A DNA stretch of 64,000 nt from IMG/VR virus record IMGVR_UViG_3300005617_000028, positions 32,001 through 96,000 of that record. The stretch is one strand, 5' to 3'. Of this stretch, positions 49,130-57,487 are shown in pieces. The notes beneath the pieces were generated by a model. It was given only the letters and a program-made list of their open reading frames with translations, ran no database searches and was not told the origin of the DNA. Both the position numbers and the translations under genes were made by a program. Within the stretch, counting starts at the first letter, position 1. Every line of letters starts with the position of its first letter. This DNA comes from a virus.

Positions 49130-49696
49130 ATGCGCAAGACATGGAATCACGTACCGCCGGAGTCCACCCAGCCCTGTCCCGATGACAATATGAGTATGTG
49201 TGTGATCGGACAGGTCGGAGTCTGGCACGGTGACCGGCGGAAGCTCATTCACACGGAATCGGCTATGGAGATCGCCGCATGGTGGCAGGGTCCGCGCTCG
49301 CCCGGACTCACCGCGTTTGCCAGTACCGGAACCATCACGCCGGACCTGCTACTGGAAATCGCCGCCGCGCGTCGCACGGTGACCGGTGCCGACGGTGACG
49401 ACCTGGACGCGCTGGCGGCCTACGTGCGCGCCGTGGTGATCCTGACAGGCGACGACGCTGCCTACCACGGCGCAGAGGAGACGTGCGACCATTGCACCGA
49501 TTCCGGTTGCCTCTACATGGCCAGCGCGATCACGTTCACAGTCCAGGTGGAGGTAACGCGCGGTTCCGGCCCGTGGCAGGTTACGTCGGCAGTAGCCAGC
49601 GCTCTTGGTGAGGCTATCGCCAACGCGGGCGCCGGAGTTTTCTCCGTGCTGGGTTCTGAGTACTGGACCACGGGCGTACGGTCCCGCCGTGCCTGA
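49130..49696 (+). CDS. Hypothetical early protein
   Basis: Behind the promoter at 49059. Confidence 0.65.
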   Translation: MRKTWNHVPPESTQPCPDDNMSMCVIGQVGVWHGDRRKLIHTESAMEIAAWWQGPRSPGLTAFASTGTITPDLLLEIAAARRTVTGADGDDLDALAAYVRAVVILTGDDAAYHGAEETCDHCTDSGCLYMASAITFTVQVEVTRGSGPWQVTSAVASALGEAIANAGAGVFSVLGSEYWTTGVRSRRA

Positions 49697-49899
49697 TGAG
49701 GTTTGGATCAACGAGTCGCGCGCCGAGATGTGCGAGTGCGGTTGTGACACTGACCTACATGACGTAGTGGAAGTCGATGTTTTCTGTCCCAACTGCGGTG
49801 TGTGGTGCGCGGATGTGAGGGACATCGCTTGACACTGTGAGTACGACAGGCTAGCTTGTGTCTAGCAGGTAGACAGAACGGCTACGGAAAGTAGGAGCC

Positions 49900-50271
49900 A
49901 TGGAAATTCTCGCTTACCACAACGCACGGTCGAACGACGATCGCGATTTCGCCTTTCTCACACACAAGACGGGTGAGCCGGTAGTCCTGGTCTTCCGCAC
50001 CGAAATCCCGGATCAGGATGATCTCGCGGCGTGCGAGTGGGCTTTCCACCTGCTCAACGTTGGCCATGAGGCTTTCGGTACGCCCGATCCGGCAGCCATC
50101 GAGTACCGCGCACGCGGTAACAGGTCACTGTCGGTTGGCGACGTCGTTTCGGTTGACGGTCGGTTCTACGCGGTTGCGTCGTATAGCTGGGCGCCGATCG
50201 ACAAACCGCCGATGGTCGAAACCACTGCGCCGGGCACTACGCCGATCGCGGATACGGCTCTTGACGGGTGA
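49900..50271 (+). CDS. YodL-like domain protein
   Basis: EWAFHLLN...RSLSVGDVVSVDGRFYAV..W. Confidence 0.7.
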   Translation: MEILAYHNARSNDDRDFAFLTHKTGEPVVLVFRTEIPDQDDLAACEWAFHLLNVGHEAFGTPDPAAIEYRARGNRSLSVGDVVSVDGRFYAVASYSWAPIDKPPMVETTAPGTTPIADTALDG

Positions 50272-50336
50272 TGGGCAAGCAGGCTACTGTCTAGCTAGTT
50301 GACAGGCACAACCCAACGGCTAGGGAAGTAGGAGCC

Positions 50337-50672
50337 ATGGAAACTCGCAGCTACGCGGACGGTACATCGATCACAGTCAAGATGCCGTGGTCGGTGTACG
50401 TGAGCGCACGGGTACTCTGTTCGGACGGCAAGGTGCGCGCCACGGCACGGATTGCATTGACGGCCGACACCTTCTTTTCGGTGCCGTGCGCGGTTAAGGT
50501 TTCCGGCCGGACGGTTTCCGGTTACCTCACAGTGGAGACGCGCGAGGGAATGTCTACCGAAACCACGGATGATCCGGCCGTCGTTAAGTTCATCGCGTGC
50601 GGCAAGAACGCCGACGCGCTGCCGACCGGTGCCTACGTCGTACCCGCCACGGTTTCATCGGCGGTTTCCTGA
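50337..50672 (+). CDS. Small early protein
   Basis: Behind the promoter at 50261; ADTFFSVP motif. Confidence 0.7.
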   Translation: METRSYADGTSITVKMPWSVYVSARVLCSDGKVRATARIALTADTFFSVPCAVKVSGRTVSGYLTVETREGMSTETTDDPAVVKFIACGKNADALPTGAYVVPATVSSAVS

Positions 50673-50987
50673 TGGGCGCCACACGGCAGCGTTTCACGCC
50701 GGCCGAGCGCTCGGCCCTGCTGATCGGCGCGGACATCGAATGGCGCCACGGTTCTCGGTGGTACGCCGGAACGGTTTCCGGCCCGATTACCACGGATGAA
50801 ATCGGTGCGCAGTACGTACCGGTTACGCACACAATCAAGAGCCCAACGGTTTCACCCGGAGGGATGCGCGGTTACCCGAAACAGATTCGCGTGCTGGCGG
50901 TTTGACACGGGTTTCAGCTCTTGACTTAGGTTCACTACGGTGTGTACGTTCATGCCACACAACCAAACGGCTACGGAAGTAGGAGCC

Positions 50988-51428
50988 ATGTCAAGTACCC
51001 GTATCGGCGTAGCGTACGGCCCGATTCACAACGGTCGACAGAACACGTACGCGGTTTACCGCGTCAACGTGGACGCGACGGTAACCGTTGAACACACCGG
51101 TCACCGTGAGGGTACGACCATGGTCGGGCTGCCGTTGGGCGGGCCCGGGTGGCGGCCGCCGACACGGTTCGATAGCGACATCGATCACTTCGTTGAGATC
51201 ACGTTTCTCCGCCACTGTGGCGAGATGCCATCGCACATCGGCTCGCGCGCCATGGCTGGCATCGATCAGGCAACCGACAGCGACGGCGTACGGGTGCGTG
51301 AGTGCACCGGCCGGTACGGCACGCTAGACGGGCCGCACAGTACGTACGGTGCCACGGTCCGATGGGATGATGGCTCGCGGTTCTACGTGGACTCTGCGTG
51401 CCTGTGGCGGGTCCCATCGGCCCTGTAG
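50988..51428 (+). CDS. Small early protein
   Basis: Behind the promoter at 50921. Confidence 0.65.
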   Translation: MSSTRIGVAYGPIHNGRQNTYAVYRVNVDATVTVEHTGHREGTTMVGLPLGGPGWRPPTRFDSDIDHFVEITFLRHCGEMPSHIGSRAMAGIDQATDSDGVRVRECTGRYGTLDGPHSTYGATVRWDDGSRFYVDSACLWRVPSAL

Positions 51429-51440
51429 CGTGGACACGCT

Positions 51441-51471
51441 AGGCCCGGTCGGTACGCCCGGCCGGGCCTTT
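51441..51471 (+). terminator. Hairpin terminator
   Basis: AGGCCCGGTCGG/CCGGCCGGGCCT followed by TT. Confidence 0.65.
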
Positions 51472-51484
51472 GCCGTCGCTGCCC

Positions 51485-51710
51485 GCTTGCACGCTGCCGC
51501 TCGCCTGTCCGCTTGCACGCTGCCGCTTGCACGCTGCCGCTCGCCTGTCCGCTCGCACGCTGCCGCTCGCCTGTCCGCTCGCACGCTGCCGCTCGCACGC
51601 TGCCGCTCGCACGCGCACGCACGCCTGTCCGCTCGCACGCCTGTCCGCTCGCACGCGCACGCACGCTGCCGCTCGCACGCTGCCGCTCGCCTGTCCGCTC
51701 GCACGCTGCC
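51485..51710. repeat. Mixed tandem repeat of 14-bp GCT(C/T)GCACGCTGCC and 12-bp GCTCGCCTGTCC units
   Basis: About 15 units read directly; strongly C-skewed; intergenic. Confidence 0.95.
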
Positions 51711-51813
51711 GGCTCGCCTCGCTAGCTAGAAATTATTGCTACTTGACTCGCCAGAGACGCACAGGCTACTGTCTACCTAGTTGACACCACGGCTACGGAA
51801 CATGGGAGCTATC

Positions 51814-52836
51814 ATGACTGCCGAAATGACTCGATTCGCCCGATCGCTGGACAGTACGGAATTTCAGCCGTTGAACGGCAGGCGTGACCCGTTCGATCTA
51901 CTGTCCAGTGTGAGTGCCAACGTTGGCGACGCACAGACCATGATGGAAACGGCCGGCGTACTCGGTTGGTCGCCGGAAATGATTCCGCTATCCGGAATGG
52001 ATAGCGTCGGCAACATGTACGAAACTCCGGCCAGCAATTACGGAATCGTCGTACCGACCTATCCGACAGGTCCGGCCTATTTCGGTCAGGCTCACAAGGA
52101 TTTCAAATTCATCCGTCCGGAAGCGTTGCATCCGCTGATCGACGCGATTGTCGCGCACGGCAATCCGCTCACGGGGATTATTCCGGGCCCGGTTACCCGA
52201 TTCGTCTTCGATTCTAAACTGATCGACATCACGCCGTATAGCAAGGCAGCGGCTGAGAACATCGGCGAAATTATCCGTGTGCGCTGGCAACTGGACCTCG
52301 GCAACACTGGCAAGAATTCCCTTGTCATTGGCCAGAAGGGTATGCGTCTAATCTGCGCGAATGGGGTGAGTACGGCTTCGTCAATGGGTAGCGTGTCGAT
52401 CTCGCATAGCAATCTCGCGCCGGGCAAGATCGCTGCCACGGTCGATCGGATCATGAGTCAGGGAAACATCGGACTCGATAAGTGGATTACGGACGCTCGC
52501 CAGACGATCAACGCTCGCTTGACACTGGACGGAGCACTCGCACTGTGGGCGGATCTGTTCTCATGGACTGACGACAAGGACGGGCGCGCGCTCACCACAC
52601 AAGACTCGCAGCGTGCGACGCTTACCCAGCTCTGGCGGTCCCCTACCCAGACGATCACGTACCCGGAAACAGCGTGGGCGTTTTTCGGCGCGACAACCGA
52701 ATACCTCGACCATGAGGCGACCGTCCGATTTGGTGGCGACACTCGTGAGCGTGCGCTCGCACGTCGGGTAGTCGAGTCCGCTCCGGCCGTCGAGTCCGTC
52801 AAGAATCGCGCATGGGAGATGGCGCTAGCCGTCTAG
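51814..52836 (+). CDS. DUF932 (TIGR03299-type) phage/plasmid protein
   Basis: ETAGVLGW, FGQAHKDF, MRLICANG, SISHS, TAWAFFGATTEYLDH. Confidence 0.8.
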   Translation: MTAEMTRFARSLDSTEFQPLNGRRDPFDLLSSVSANVGDAQTMMETAGVLGWSPEMIPLSGMDSVGNMYETPASNYGIVVPTYPTGPAYFGQAHKDFKFIRPEALHPLIDAIVAHGNPLTGIIPGPVTRFVFDSKLIDITPYSKAAAENIGEIIRVRWQLDLGNTGKNSLVIGQKGMRLICANGVSTASSMGSVSISHSNLAPGKIAATVDRIMSQGNIGLDKWITDARQTINARLTLDGALALWADLFSWTDDKDGRALTTQDSQRATLTQLWRSPTQTITYPETAWAFFGATTEYLDHEATVRFGGDTRERALARRVVESAPAVESVKNRAWEMALAV

Positions 52837-52994
52837 GCAACGCGCACGGGTGAGGCGAGGGGACAGTCCCCTCGCCTCGCTCTTGTTTGTCATACGTACG
52901 TTGTTCGTTTGACTTAGGTACAGCACGGATGCTAGTTTGACATCTCAACCAAACGGCCACGGATAATCGGGCCCAGAGCAAAGGATCAGCCATC

Positions 52995-53327
52995 ATGGAT
53001 GTCAACGCTACGTGGTCAGAAATTCTCGCCATCCTGTCGCAGCCGATGACATCGGAAAACGCAGACCGGCTCGAAGAGCTTGCCTACGCGCTTGACGGTT
53101 GGCTTGCGCGTGGCGGTTACGCTCCCGGTACTTGGCCGGTAGGCACACTCGGGTACTACCGCCACGCATGCGCTTACGGTGAGTCGGTAGGCATGTCCGA
53201 TGGCGAGTGCGTCACGTACGCCGCATGGTTCGTGGCGGAATGGGCAACCGACATCGACACAGACACGGATCACACTCGCGAGGTAGTGCGCTTCCGTCGG
53301 ATCATGAGCGTCGCCACGGTCGTCTAG
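52995..53327 (+). CDS. Small early protein (C-domain paralog of 53754..54155)
   Basis: RHACAYGE..MSDGEC.TYAAWF...HTREV. Confidence 0.7.
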   Translation: MDVNATWSEILAILSQPMTSENADRLEELAYALDGWLARGGYAPGTWPVGTLGYYRHACAYGESVGMSDGECVTYAAWFVAEWATDIDTDTDHTREVVRFRRIMSVATVV

Positions 53328-53344
53328 CCCGTACGCCGCAACGC

Positions 53345-53381
53345 GGAACCGCGCCACCCAAACCATGGGTGGCGCGGTTTC
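53345..53381 (+). terminator. Hairpin terminator (duplicated at about 54175-54208)
   Basis: CGCGCCACCCA/TGGGTGGCGCG followed by GTTT. Confidence 0.75.
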
Positions 53382-53444
53382 TGTATCTGCCCTACATCTG
53401 TAGTCTGTTTGACTTAGGTACCCTCGCCACGGTACCGTGCGCCT

Positions 53445-53654
53445 ATGAGTCGTGATACCGCAGAGAACCGCGCCGCGTACGTCCGTGGTTGGGCTGCGTC
53501 CGTTCGCCACGCAGAAGGCGCCTTAGAACGCGCCGATGATCGTGGCGAAATCGGCGCATGGTACGACGGATATCTCGACTACGCAGCCGATCGGCCGAAG
53601 TGGCACACGCTGCGTTGCCTAAGCGATAACCACGACACGTGCGACACGCCTTAA
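53445..53654 (+). CDS. Small leaderless early protein
   Basis: ATG 6 nt after -10 TACCGT. Confidence 0.65.
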   Translation: MSRDTAENRAAYVRGWAASVRHAEGALERADDRGEIGAWYDGYLDYAADRPKWHTLRCLSDNHDTCDTP

Positions 53655-53753
53655 ATCTGTACCTCGTTTGACTTAGGTACTCTCGCCACGGTACGTTGAC
53701 ATCTCAACCAAACGGCCACGCATAATCGGCCACGCGCTACGGAGGTTCCACCC

Positions 53754-54155
53754 ATGGTCAGCTACTCCACAGATGAGATGATCAACATTCTGCGTTCCGG
53801 CCACGGCTACTCGCCAGACGACGTTACGTCGGTCCTAGATCAACTCATCTCGGCCGGACTGGACACTGTGACCGAGAATGAGGCTAGCGGCTACACGTTC
53901 ACTGTCGATGAATTGCGTACCGCGTTGCTGCAGCTCATCGCACGGGTACCTATGGCGCTGCAGTCGTGGCTTTGGCGCCACGCATACTACTACGCCGAGG
54001 TAGTTCATCACATGTACGCCGATGAGTGTGAGGCGTACGCGGAGTGGTTCACGCTGCGATACGCCGACCCGTTGACACTGACCACGGCTATCTGTCACTC
54101 ACGCGAGGTTCCGGTATGGCGCGCCACGGTACCGACCATGGTCACGCTCGGCTAG
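53754..54155 (+). CDS. Small early protein (C-domain paralog of 52995..53327)
   Basis: RHAYYYAE..MYADECEAYAEWF...HSREV; GGAGG RBS. Confidence 0.7.
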   Translation: MVSYSTDEMINILRSGHGYSPDDVTSVLDQLISAGLDTVTENEASGYTFTVDELRTALLQLIARVPMALQSWLWRHAYYYAEVVHHMYADECEAYAEWFTLRYADPLTLTTAICHSREVPVWRATVPTMVTLG

Positions 54156-54279
54156 CCGCTTACGCCGCAACGCGGAACGCGCCACCCAACCATGGGTGGC
54201 GCGGTTTTCGTATGTCCGGCCGACGTGACCACAGAAACAGCGCTTTCCGCCGACTTCCCGATTCTCCCAGAAAAGCCAA

Positions 54280-55200
54280 GAGGCCCGTAGAGCCGATCGC
54301 TACCCGTTGTCTGTCGGGATGGTAAGCCCATCCCTGCCTACCCTGCCCGATCGCTGCCCTACGGACACCACAGAGGCTCTGGCGACCCATCCTCCGGACC
54401 ATGGGTCCCCAACCGATGATGTGACCTCTGTACCGTCCGGCTACTCGTGGCCAACTCGGCCAATCATCAGGGAACCGCGTGCGCTCACGTACCCGTACCG
54501 CGTAGCCGGCTAACCGTCGGGACCGCTTACGTACCCGTGCGACTGTGAACCGCTAGCCGGTACCCGTACGGTCAGCACACGTGGCAGTCACCTTCAGTTG
54601 GGGCTTACTGTCAGAATCGCTGGCCACGCTCATTCGCACGCTGATCGATCCGAGCATGTCCGGCTAGTCCGAGCCTGACTGTATCGCGTCCCAGAGTCCA
54701 TTTCTGCCAGATCGACGCTACCGGCTCAGAACGGCTACAGGGTCCACGGGTACCAACTTGGCATGCTGGACCGCGTATGGGCCTCTGTGGCTGTCGCAAG
54801 CCCTACCGTGGCGCGGTTCGTACCCTGCCAATCGGGAGCGTGGCTTGCCATTCTGAACATGGGTGACCGATCGGTCGGGTACGTGACCTAGCGTCCGATA
54901 TTGTCGGCAATCCCTTACGCCGCAACGGATGTAGCCTCGCCACGACGCTTGCGCTCCATAAAGGACGTTGAGTGGATCATGCGAAAACGCTAGTTGATCT
55001 TTCCTACCCGATCCAGCACCAGACAAGATCAACCCATGCCCGAAAGCCCGATCACGCTGATCCGTGGGCACCTATGATCGGGCAGGCTTTCGGGCAGGGT
55101 CGGAACAGGACCTATCGGCTGCTAGAGCGACGCTTGCCATGGGTGCCCAGAGGTACGCTTTTGGGCATGGCTATCTGTGCGCAATTCCTGTAGCGTCACG
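54280..55200. other. About 0.9 kb largely non-coding, hairpin-rich segment
   Basis: GGGATGG/CCATCCC, ACAGAGG/CCTCTGT, CCGGCTAC/GTAGCCGG, GTTGATCTT/AAGATCAAC, TGCCCGAAAGCC/GGCTTTCGGGCA. Confidence 0.55.
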
Positions 55201-55249
55201 GGTAGCGCGCACCCATCGGAACGCGCACCGGTCACGGAAGTAGGGACCC

Positions 55250-55399
55250 ATGGACGAACAATGCGAGTACGGGGACTGTGTCTCAGAGGACGGCTACGGC
55301 ACGTGCGAGGGATGCGGCCACCCGATGTCGGTTGATCACTCGCCTGTGAGCGTGCGCAGCACGTGCGAAGACGCTCCCTGTTGCGGATGTTGCTCATGA
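55250..55399 (+). CDS. 49-aa Cys-rich phage peptide (not in the ORF track)
   Basis: MDEQCEYGDC...CEDAPCCGCCS; leader GGAAGTAGGGACCCATG resembles the cassette leaders. Confidence 0.65.
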   Translation: MDEQCEYGDCVSEDGYGTCEGCGHPMSVDHSPVSVRSTCEDAPCCGCCS

Positions 55400-55590
55400 G
55401 CGCGACACGGCACAGTTGCGGCGGGCCCGTGTTCGGTCGCCTCACCGATGGTTGCCCGCGTTGCGACGAACTGAGGGATGGCGCCACGCCCATCAAGGTC
55501 ACGTGGTACGACGCGCCACGCTACAGCGGCGGGCCCGTGCACCGGTGCTCGGGTACCTGCCCTAGGACGTGCACCGGTGGTGACTGGTGA
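55396..55590 (+). CDS. Small Cys-rich actinophage protein
   Basis: HSCGGPVFGRLTDGCPRCDEL...CTGGDW; ATGA coupling. Confidence 0.7.
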   Translation: MSATRHSCGGPVFGRLTDGCPRCDELRDGATPIKVTWYDAPRYSGGPVHRCSGTCPRTCTGGDW

Positions 55591-55609
55591 GCCGCTAGCG
55601 CGTACGCGC

Positions 55610-55639
55610 ACGGGCCCGAGGAGCGCTCCTCGGGCCCGT
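55610..55639. terminator. Perfect 30-bp palindrome (terminator or cruciform)
   Basis: ACGGGCCCGAGGAGCGCTCCTCGGGCCCGT is its own reverse complement. Confidence 0.75.
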
Positions 55640-55807
55640 TCGTGCGTCCGGACCATCGGCTGATCGGTCGGCAAATTCTGACCGCTCGGCCTATTGACTT
55701 TCCGCATATGGGGGTATTCGGACATGGCTCCGGCCGGGTCAAATTTTTTCCGCCTGGCTACGTAGCCCAAGAATTTTCTGGAATTTCTACGGATTTCCCA
55801 GAACCAT

Positions 55808-56036
55808 CAAGATCCACTAAAGACCGGCTAACAAGATCCACTAAAGACAGCGTGCGGTGAGGCTTCCCCGTACGGAGCCCGCGGTGAGCCCCGCCGGTGA
55901 GAGCCTCGGTACGAACACCAGACGGCGCCGGCGAGCTAACAAGATCCACTATCGGTAGCAACACGGGGATTTTGCGCGCAATCAAGATCATCTGGATCCT
56001 GGCTCCGCGGGCTGGCAGAAACTCGGATCAAGATCG
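55808..56036. repeat. Direct repeats CAAGATCCACTA (x3) plus CAAGATC partial copies (x2)
   Basis: Full copies at about 55808, 55832, 55940; TCAAGATC at about 55982 and 56028. Confidence 0.8.
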
Positions 56037-56236
56037 TTTTTCAGGATTCCGCTACGGGGTACCAGCGCCGACACTTTGACGGGGGAAAGGGGCCCCGCGG
56101 AGGTCTACCGGGAGGGGTCCCGGTAATGTGGGGGCGAAGCCGGGCAAGATACCGCGAAACGACACCGTAAAACGGCCTGAGATGGCCGTAGAGCCACGAA
56201 AACGGCTCCGGGGTGGTGACGGGAAGGGTGTGGGGC

Positions 56237-56602
56237 ATGGCGGAGGTGCGCGCTTTGGTGGCGGTGCCCGGCCAGGAGGTGAAGATGGCCCGCTTCGTGC
56301 CGTCACCGGGGGAGTTTCTGAACATCGTCGGCGGGGAGGTCCACCGGATCGGCCCGGAGGTGTCCCAGGCCCTTTCCGGCTGGCACGGCTACGTCAACGC
56401 CCGTGGCGGTTCGGAGAACGCCCGCTTCAACGTGGTGGCGACCGCGCTGGCCCGGGCCGCCGGCGGCTGGCCCGACGACGTGTTTCTGGGCACGGCGGTG
56501 TTTCTGGGGGACACCCCGAGCCACCCGGAGGCGGACATCCCGGAGCGGCTGCTGGCGTTGGGCCTGCGGATGGGGCTGTGGCGCTCCCGGGAGGCCAGGT
56601 GA
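56237..56602 (+). CDS. DUF3846-like protein
   Basis: NIVGGEV...YVNARG....FNVVATAL...DVFLGTAVFLG...DIP. Confidence 0.7.
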   Translation: MAEVRALVAVPGQEVKMARFVPSPGEFLNIVGGEVHRIGPEVSQALSGWHGYVNARGGSENARFNVVATALARAAGGWPDDVFLGTAVFLGDTPSHPEADIPERLLALGLRMGLWRSREAR

Positions 56603-56814
56603 GGCCCGCGGACGGCCCGACGGCGGCGGGTCCCGAGCCCCACGGCGCGTTCGTGTGCCCGCTGTGCGGCCGGAGTTCAGCCAATCCGCGGGACCTGGCG
56701 GAGCGGTACTGCGGCGGGTGCCACCGCTTCGTCGACGACGGCGTCCCGGACGACCCCGTGGCCGGCCCGCCAGGGCCGCTGACAGCCCCGCAGCCGGCCC
56801 GGGAGGCGACGTGA
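56599..56814 (+). CDS. Small Zn-finger phage protein
   Basis: FVCPLCGRSSANPRDLAERYCGGCHRF. Confidence 0.65.
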   Translation: MRPADGPTAAGPEPHGAFVCPLCGRSSANPRDLAERYCGGCHRFVDDGVPDDPVAGPPGPLTAPQPAREAT

Positions 56815-57103
56815 GCCCCCCGCTGTCCCGCGACGGTGACGACGCGCTGGTGGCGTCCACGGGGCCGCTTCGGCGGGCGGTGGCGGCGAAGCTGTCCGCC
56901 TCGATGACCAGGACGCTGGCCGGCTGGACCAGCTGGGCCCTGGACGCGGCGCTGAGCGGGGTTCACGGCTGGCTGCTCAGCGACGACGTGGTGGCGGTGG
57001 TGACGTCCGCGCTGGACCGGGCCGAGGGTGAGAACGAGTCCGTCACCAACACCCAGCGGGCCGGCTACGTGGTGGCGGCGCTGGCCCGCTGTCTGGCCCG
57101 CCG

Positions 57104-57487
57104 GTGAGCCCCCAGCCGGACCCGGCGACCGCCCAGGAGGCCCGGCTACGGGCCCAGCTCGGCGACGCGCTGTGCCGGATCCAGCGGGCCCACCTGGCCG
57201 TGGCGGGGCGCCGCTGGGTGTCGGTGGCCAGGCTGCTGGCGGCGCTGGACGGCCCGGTGGCGACGCCGGTCCCCGCGGACCCGCCCGCGCCGGGGCTGAG
57301 CCTGAGCGCCGCGTACGAGGAGACGCCGTGGTGGGCCCACCGGGAGGGTGTTCCGGTCGGTGAGGTGGTGCTGCGGCTCAACGCGGCGGAGGTCTGCCGC
57401 TGGCCGTCGGCACCGCCCGGCCCGGGCGACGACCTGGCCGTGTTCATCGGCGAGAAGCTGGGCCGGATCCTCGCCGCGGACGGCTAA
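57104..57487 (+). CDS. Hypothetical protein
   Basis: GTGA-coupled ORF. Confidence 0.5.
   Translation: MSPQPDPATAQEARLRAQLGDALCRIQRAHLAVAGRRWVSVARLLAALDGPVATPVPADPPAPGLSLSAAYEETPWWAHREGVPVGEVVLRLNAAEVCRWPSAPPGPGDDLAVFIGEKLGRILAADG

Larger units (their letters stand above)
42183..53760 (+). repeat. Dispersed repeat family: about 16 SigA-type promoter/operator/leader modules each heading 1-4 small genes
   Basis: TTG(A/C)NN-N17/18-TANNNT at 42183, 42700, 43471, 44860, 45893, 46224, 47200, 47670, 49059, 49829, 50261, 50921, 51743, 52909, 53409, 53668. Confidence 0.9.

Noticed and set aside
51324-51784. Several repetitive ORFs in the ORF track
   Set aside because: Translations of the tandem repeat in multiple frames, with no RBS and low complexity
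42183-53760. CRISPR array or integron attC array
   Set aside because: Repeats are promoter/operator/RBS modules separated by whole genes of 250-1400 bp; no cas or intI gene and no attC box structure seen
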